A stretch of 19,410 nt of DNA from Gemmatimonadales bacterium. GTDB taxonomy: Bacteria > Gemmatimonadota > Gemmatimonadetes > Gemmatimonadales > GWC2-71-9. The stretch is from contig JBBQFH010000040.1 in NCBI GenBank assembly GCA_038321865.1, forward strand, positions 1-19,410, in the 5' to 3' direction. A model generated the notes under the pieces. It saw only the letters and a list, made by a program, of their open reading frames with translations. It did not search any database and had not been told where the DNA came from. The position numbers and the translations under genes were made by a program. Below, one piece after another: positions 16,344 through 19,410 of the stretch (its first letter is position 1; each line of letters opens with the position of its first letter).

Positions 16344-17487
16344 CAGGCTGCTTGGCCTGGTGGGCCTGGTGGGCCTGGTGGGCCTGCTGGCCATCCCGGG
16401 TCGTGCAGCCAGCCAGCAGCCGGACGTTCCGCGCGTACCGGCCGAGCTGACGCGATTCGTTCCGGCTTCGCCGGCTCCGAGTGGCTTCATCGCGGACGTG
16501 CCGGACGTGATTCCCGCGAGCGCCGAAGGTGCCCTCAACGACCGGATCCGGTCGGCGCAGGCGGCGGGGCAGGGGGACATCGGCGTTGCCATCCTGCCGT
16601 CGATCGAGGATCGGGCGCCGGTCGACGTGGCGGTGGCGATCTACCGGTCGTGGCGCATCGGCCGAGTGGATTCGATCGGCTCCGGCCGGCGGAACCTGGG
16701 CGCGCTCCTGCTGATCGTCCCCAAGGAGCTGGCGCCGAACCACCGCGGGGAGTGCTGGATTTCGAGCGGGACGGGGGCCGAGGGGACACTGACAGATGCG
16801 GTGAGTGCGCGCATCTGCCGCGACAGCATCGTGCCTCACTTGCGGAAGCAGGACTACGCGGCCGCCGTAGCCGCCGGGATCGCCGCGATCGCCGCGCGCC
16901 TGGGTTCGGAGCTGCCGGCCGGCGACGGGGGACCCGGCGCGCCGCCGCGCCGCCGCCGTGCGCCACTGGGGTACATCTTTGGCGGCCTGCTCGCCGCGGT
17001 CGGCGGAATCGTCGGCGGCGCGACGTGGTACCGGCGCCGGCCGAGACGCTGCCCCACCTGCGGCCAGCGAATGCGGCGGCTCTCGGAGACCGAGGACGAC
17101 GCGGGGCTCGGCGCCGGCCAGCAGCTCGAGGAACGCCTGAAGAGTGTCGATTACGACGTGTGGCAGTGCCCGGCGGGGCACCAGCTCGTGCTGCCGTACA
17201 AGGCCGCGTTCAGCCGATACCGGGAATGCCCGTCCTGTCACGTGAGGGCGGAAACGACCACGCGCCGCGTCCTCAGCCAGCCTACCTACGTCAGCACCGG
17301 CGTGGCAGAAGACACCCACTCCTGCGCCGCGTGTCACGCGATCCGGACCGAGCGCATCACGCTGCCTCGGCGGACGCCGCCCGGCGCGGCGTCTGGCGGC
17401 GGGAGCGGCGGATCGTCCGGGGGTGGCGGAAGCAGTTTCGGCGGGTCGGGTTCCACCAGCGGCGGCGGTGGCGGGTCGAGCTACTGA
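16336..17487 (+). CDS. TPM domain protein (YgcG-like) with TM helix, two zinc-ribbon-like motifs and Gly/Ser-rich tail
   Basis: Signal peptide, TPM motifs (WRIG..NLGALLLIV; G.GAEGTLTD; IVPHLRKQDY), a TM segment, CPTC/CPAGH/CPSC/CAAC and a FGGSGSTSGGGGGSSY end. Confidence 0.9.
   Translation: MRSRLLGLVGLVGLVGLLAIPGRAASQQPDVPRVPAELTRFVPASPAPSGFIADVPDVIPASAEGALNDRIRSAQAAGQGDIGVAILPSIEDRAPVDVAVAIYRSWRIGRVDSIGSGRRNLGALLLIVPKELAPNHRGECWISSGTGAEGTLTDAVSARICRDSIVPHLRKQDYAAAVAAGIAAIAARLGSELPAGDGGPGAPPRRRRAPLGYIFGGLLAAVGGIVGGATWYRRRPRRCPTCGQRMRRLSETEDDAGLGAGQQLEERLKSVDYDVWQCPAGHQLVLPYKAAFSRYRECPSCHVRAETTTRRVLSQPTYVSTGVAEDTHSCAACHAIRTERITLPRRTPPGAASGGGSGGSSGGGGSSFGGSGSTSGGGGGSSY
16354..16389 (+). repeat. 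9-bp tandem repeat (GGCCTGGTG x3 plus one near copy) encoding GLV-GLV-GLV-GLL
   Basis: Read directly from the sequence; in frame within the signal peptide. Confidence 0.85.
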
Positions 17488-17879
17488 TCCAGAGCCGCGG
17501 CCAGCATCCGCATCGTGTCGGCGTGAGCGAGTACCACCGCCGGGTCCCTCTGCAGCGCGTCGAAGTAGTGACTGGCGAAGCCTGGCCCGGCTTCGGCGGG
17601 TGTCAGGAGGGTCCGTGTTTCGCGCATCACGGCGAGCGTGTCGTCGCGGGCCAGGCCCTCCGATGCGTCCAGCAGCTCATCGATCCGGACGATCAGCTCG
17701 GATACCGGGCGGAGCCAGACGAACCAGGAGTCGTGGATGACGAGCTGCAGCAGCTCGCCGGTGGTGGCGACGCGGCCCTGCACGCGTTCATACGTGACGC
17801 GCTCGCTCTCGACCAGCGTCTTGTGGAGCCGAATGAGGCGGTGGCGGAGGGCGGCCACCTGTTCGCGTGTCTGACCCAT
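17481..17879 (-). CDS. Hypothetical alpha-helical protein (132 aa)
   Basis: MGQTREQVAALRHRLIRLHKTLVESER..LLQLVIHDSWFVWLRPVSELIVRIDE; amphipathic helices. The 160 codons upstream of ATG 17879 overlap another gene and look spurious. Confidence 0.85.
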   Translation of the reverse strand: MGQTREQVAALRHRLIRLHKTLVESERVTYERVQGRVATTGELLQLVIHDSWFVWLRPVSELIVRIDELLDASEGLARDDTLAVMRETRTLLTPAEAGPGFASHYFDALQRDPAVVLAHADTMRMLAAALDQ

Positions 17880-18041
17880 GCCGAAAAATGCACTCGACCC
17901 TCGCCAAACCGGAACCCGCCCGATGCGCGGGAGGCAATGCCGGGTTAGCTTCAACGGAGCGGAGGCCGTTCCATCCTCTCCCACTCTTCCGCGATCCCCG
18001 GCAACTGAATGCTCCACGCCACCGCGCTCATCGGAGATCGG

Positions 18042-18323
18042 ATGGGACACTCGATTCGTGAAGCACGACTGAAGCCGCTGTTCGCACACCTGTACCCACC
18101 GATCACGGCTGACCAATGGATGCCCGCGGCGGAAGTGGGCGCCCGGATGCTGTTCTGGCAGATCCAGCGGCTCGGCACGGTCGATCTGGGAGATCGGCTG
18201 CTGGATGGGCGCCACTTCGAGTTCCGGGGCGGATGGTCCCGCGGCCAGCAGGTGCCGCTCCGCACGAGAGCCAGCGACACCGAACCAGTCGACCCCGTGC
18301 ACCCGCGGCTGGCGCGCGGCTGA
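18042..18323 (+). CDS. Small hypothetical protein (93 aa, REARLKP..LYP..W..HFEFRGG)
   Basis: GGAGA SD before ATG 18042; protein-like composition. Confidence 0.8.
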   Translation: MGHSIREARLKPLFAHLYPPITADQWMPAAEVGARMLFWQIQRLGTVDLGDRLLDGRHFEFRGGWSRGQQVPLRTRASDTEPVDPVHPRLARG

Positions 18324-18332
18324 CGACACCGG

Positions 18333-18362
18333 TTGACGCCCGCGCCGCTTCCGCCGCATCCT
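18333..18362 (+). promoter_or_regulatory. Putative sigma70-type promoter
   Basis: TTGACG (18333-18338), 18-nt spacer, CATCCT (18357-18362), upstream of 18414. Confidence 0.4.
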
Positions 18363-18413
18363 TCAGGTGCGTGGTGGCCGCGGCCACCGTTCCCCTGAGC
18401 AGAGAGGAAGCAG

Positions 18414-18686
18414 ATGTCGTCCGAGCAGAATGAAAAGCAGCTGAAGTCGATCGCCCCCGCCCGGGTGGCCGCGGAGCTCACCCGCCTCAGCGAGGGCCGC
18501 GCCAAGGGCGAGATCAATCGTGACGAGTACGAGCACCGGTTCTCCCGCATGATCAGCGAGTTGCGCGACCGTCGCATCGACGGCTCGCGTGCCGAAATCC
18601 TCGCCGCGCTCACCCCCCTCCGTACCGCCGGCACGGTCAACGCCGCCGACTGGGAGCGTCTCACGAAGCAGCTCGGCCTGCTCTGA
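18414..18686 (+). CDS. Small helical hypothetical protein with two SHOCT-like motifs
   Basis: GAGGAAG SD; ELTRLSEGRAKGEINRDEYE and LTPLRTAGTVNAADWERLTKQL. Confidence 0.8.
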   Translation: MSSEQNEKQLKSIAPARVAAELTRLSEGRAKGEINRDEYEHRFSRMISELRDRRIDGSRAEILAALTPLRTAGTVNAADWERLTKQLGLL

Positions 18687-18697
18687 CCGCCGCGCTG

Positions 18698-19410
18698 ATG
18701 CATCATCGCCCCCTCGGTCCCGGCGCGCCCGATACCTTCGCGGTGGGCTACGGCGGCATGCACCTGTCGGTCGAGGGGCGCCCTCCCGAAGAACAGGCGA
18801 TCCGGGCAGTTCACGCGGCGCTGAATGCCGGCGTCACGCTCGTGGACACCGCGGACGTCTACTGTCTGCACGACGGCGAGCTGGGGCACAATGAGCGGCT
18901 CATCGCCCGCGCGCTGCGCGAGTGGCGCGGCGACCGGTCCGCCATCGTGGTCGCGACGAAAGGCGGGATGACGCGTCCGGAGGGCCGGTGGGAGCGCAAC
19001 GGCCGGCCGGAGCATCTGCGGCTCGCCTGTGACCGGTCGCTGAAGGCGCTGGGCGCGGAGCGCATCGATCTCTACCAGCTCCATACCCCGGATCCGCGCG
19101 TTCCGCTCGAGGACAGCGTCGGCGCGCTCGCGGACCTTCGGCAAGCCGGCAAGATTCGCTGGGTGGGCCTGTCAAACGTGTCGCTGGACGAGATCGAGCG
19201 GGCTGGCGCCATCGTCGAGATCACATCGGTCCAGAACCGGCTGAACCCGTTCTTTCGCGAGGCGCTCCGCGATGGAGTCGTGGCCCATTGCGCCCAGGCG
19301 GGCCTCGGCTTTCTGGCGTACAGCCCGACCGGCGGCGGGCGGCTCAACCGGAAACTGGCCTCCCACCCTGGCGTAGACGCCGTCGCGCGCCGGCGGCAGG
19401 CCAGCCCGCA
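18698..19410 (+). CDS. Aldo/keto reductase (3' end runs off the window)
   Basis: Manual translation from ATG 18698: MHHRPLG..VGYGGM..DTADVY..VATKGG..SLKALGAERIDLYQLH..GKIRWVGLSN..AYSP. Absent from the ORF track because there is no stop in the window. Confidence 0.95.
   Translation, partial: MHHRPLGPGAPDTFAVGYGGMHLSVEGRPPEEQAIRAVHAALNAGVTLVDTADVYCLHDGELGHNERLIARALREWRGDRSAIVVATKGGMTRPEGRWERNGRPEHLRLACDRSLKALGAERIDLYQLHTPDPRVPLEDSVGALADLRQAGKIRWVGLSNVSLDEIERAGAIVEITSVQNRLNPFFREALRDGVVAHCAQAGLGFLAYSPTGGGRLNRKLASHPGVDAVARRRQASP

Noticed and set aside
1..19410. CRISPR arrays, tRNA/rRNA, transposases, phage or defence genes
   Set aside because: No regularly spaced repeats, cloverleaf or rRNA signatures, or recognisable mobile/defence protein motifs were seen.

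Overview
High-GC bacterial genomic window. Gene style suggests Gemmatimonadota (LGGGGMSRV-type Ser/Thr kinase-TPR protein, CocE/NonD hydrolase, Tat-exported DsrE-like protein); this assignment is inference. It holds about 20 CDS: a stand-alone receiver domain, a secreted amidohydrolase with an extra C-terminal beta domain, two exported hypotheticals, an NADPH-dependent FMN reductase, a two-domain lipoprotein coupled to a MATE pump and a small protein, an FAD monooxygenase, a membrane Ser/Thr kinase-TPR gene split by a +1 frameshift, two small hypotheticals, a four-gene cluster (Tat/DsrE-like, CocE/NonD hydrolase, AI-2E transporter, TPM-zinc ribbon protein), three more small hypotheticals and a truncated aldo/keto reductase. 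I saw no rRNA, tRNA, CRISPR array, transposase or integrase. I cannot support a clearly new biological system. The best leads are the kinase frameshift, several unusual domain architectures, tightly coupled unknown genes and a hairpin-rich intergenic region.
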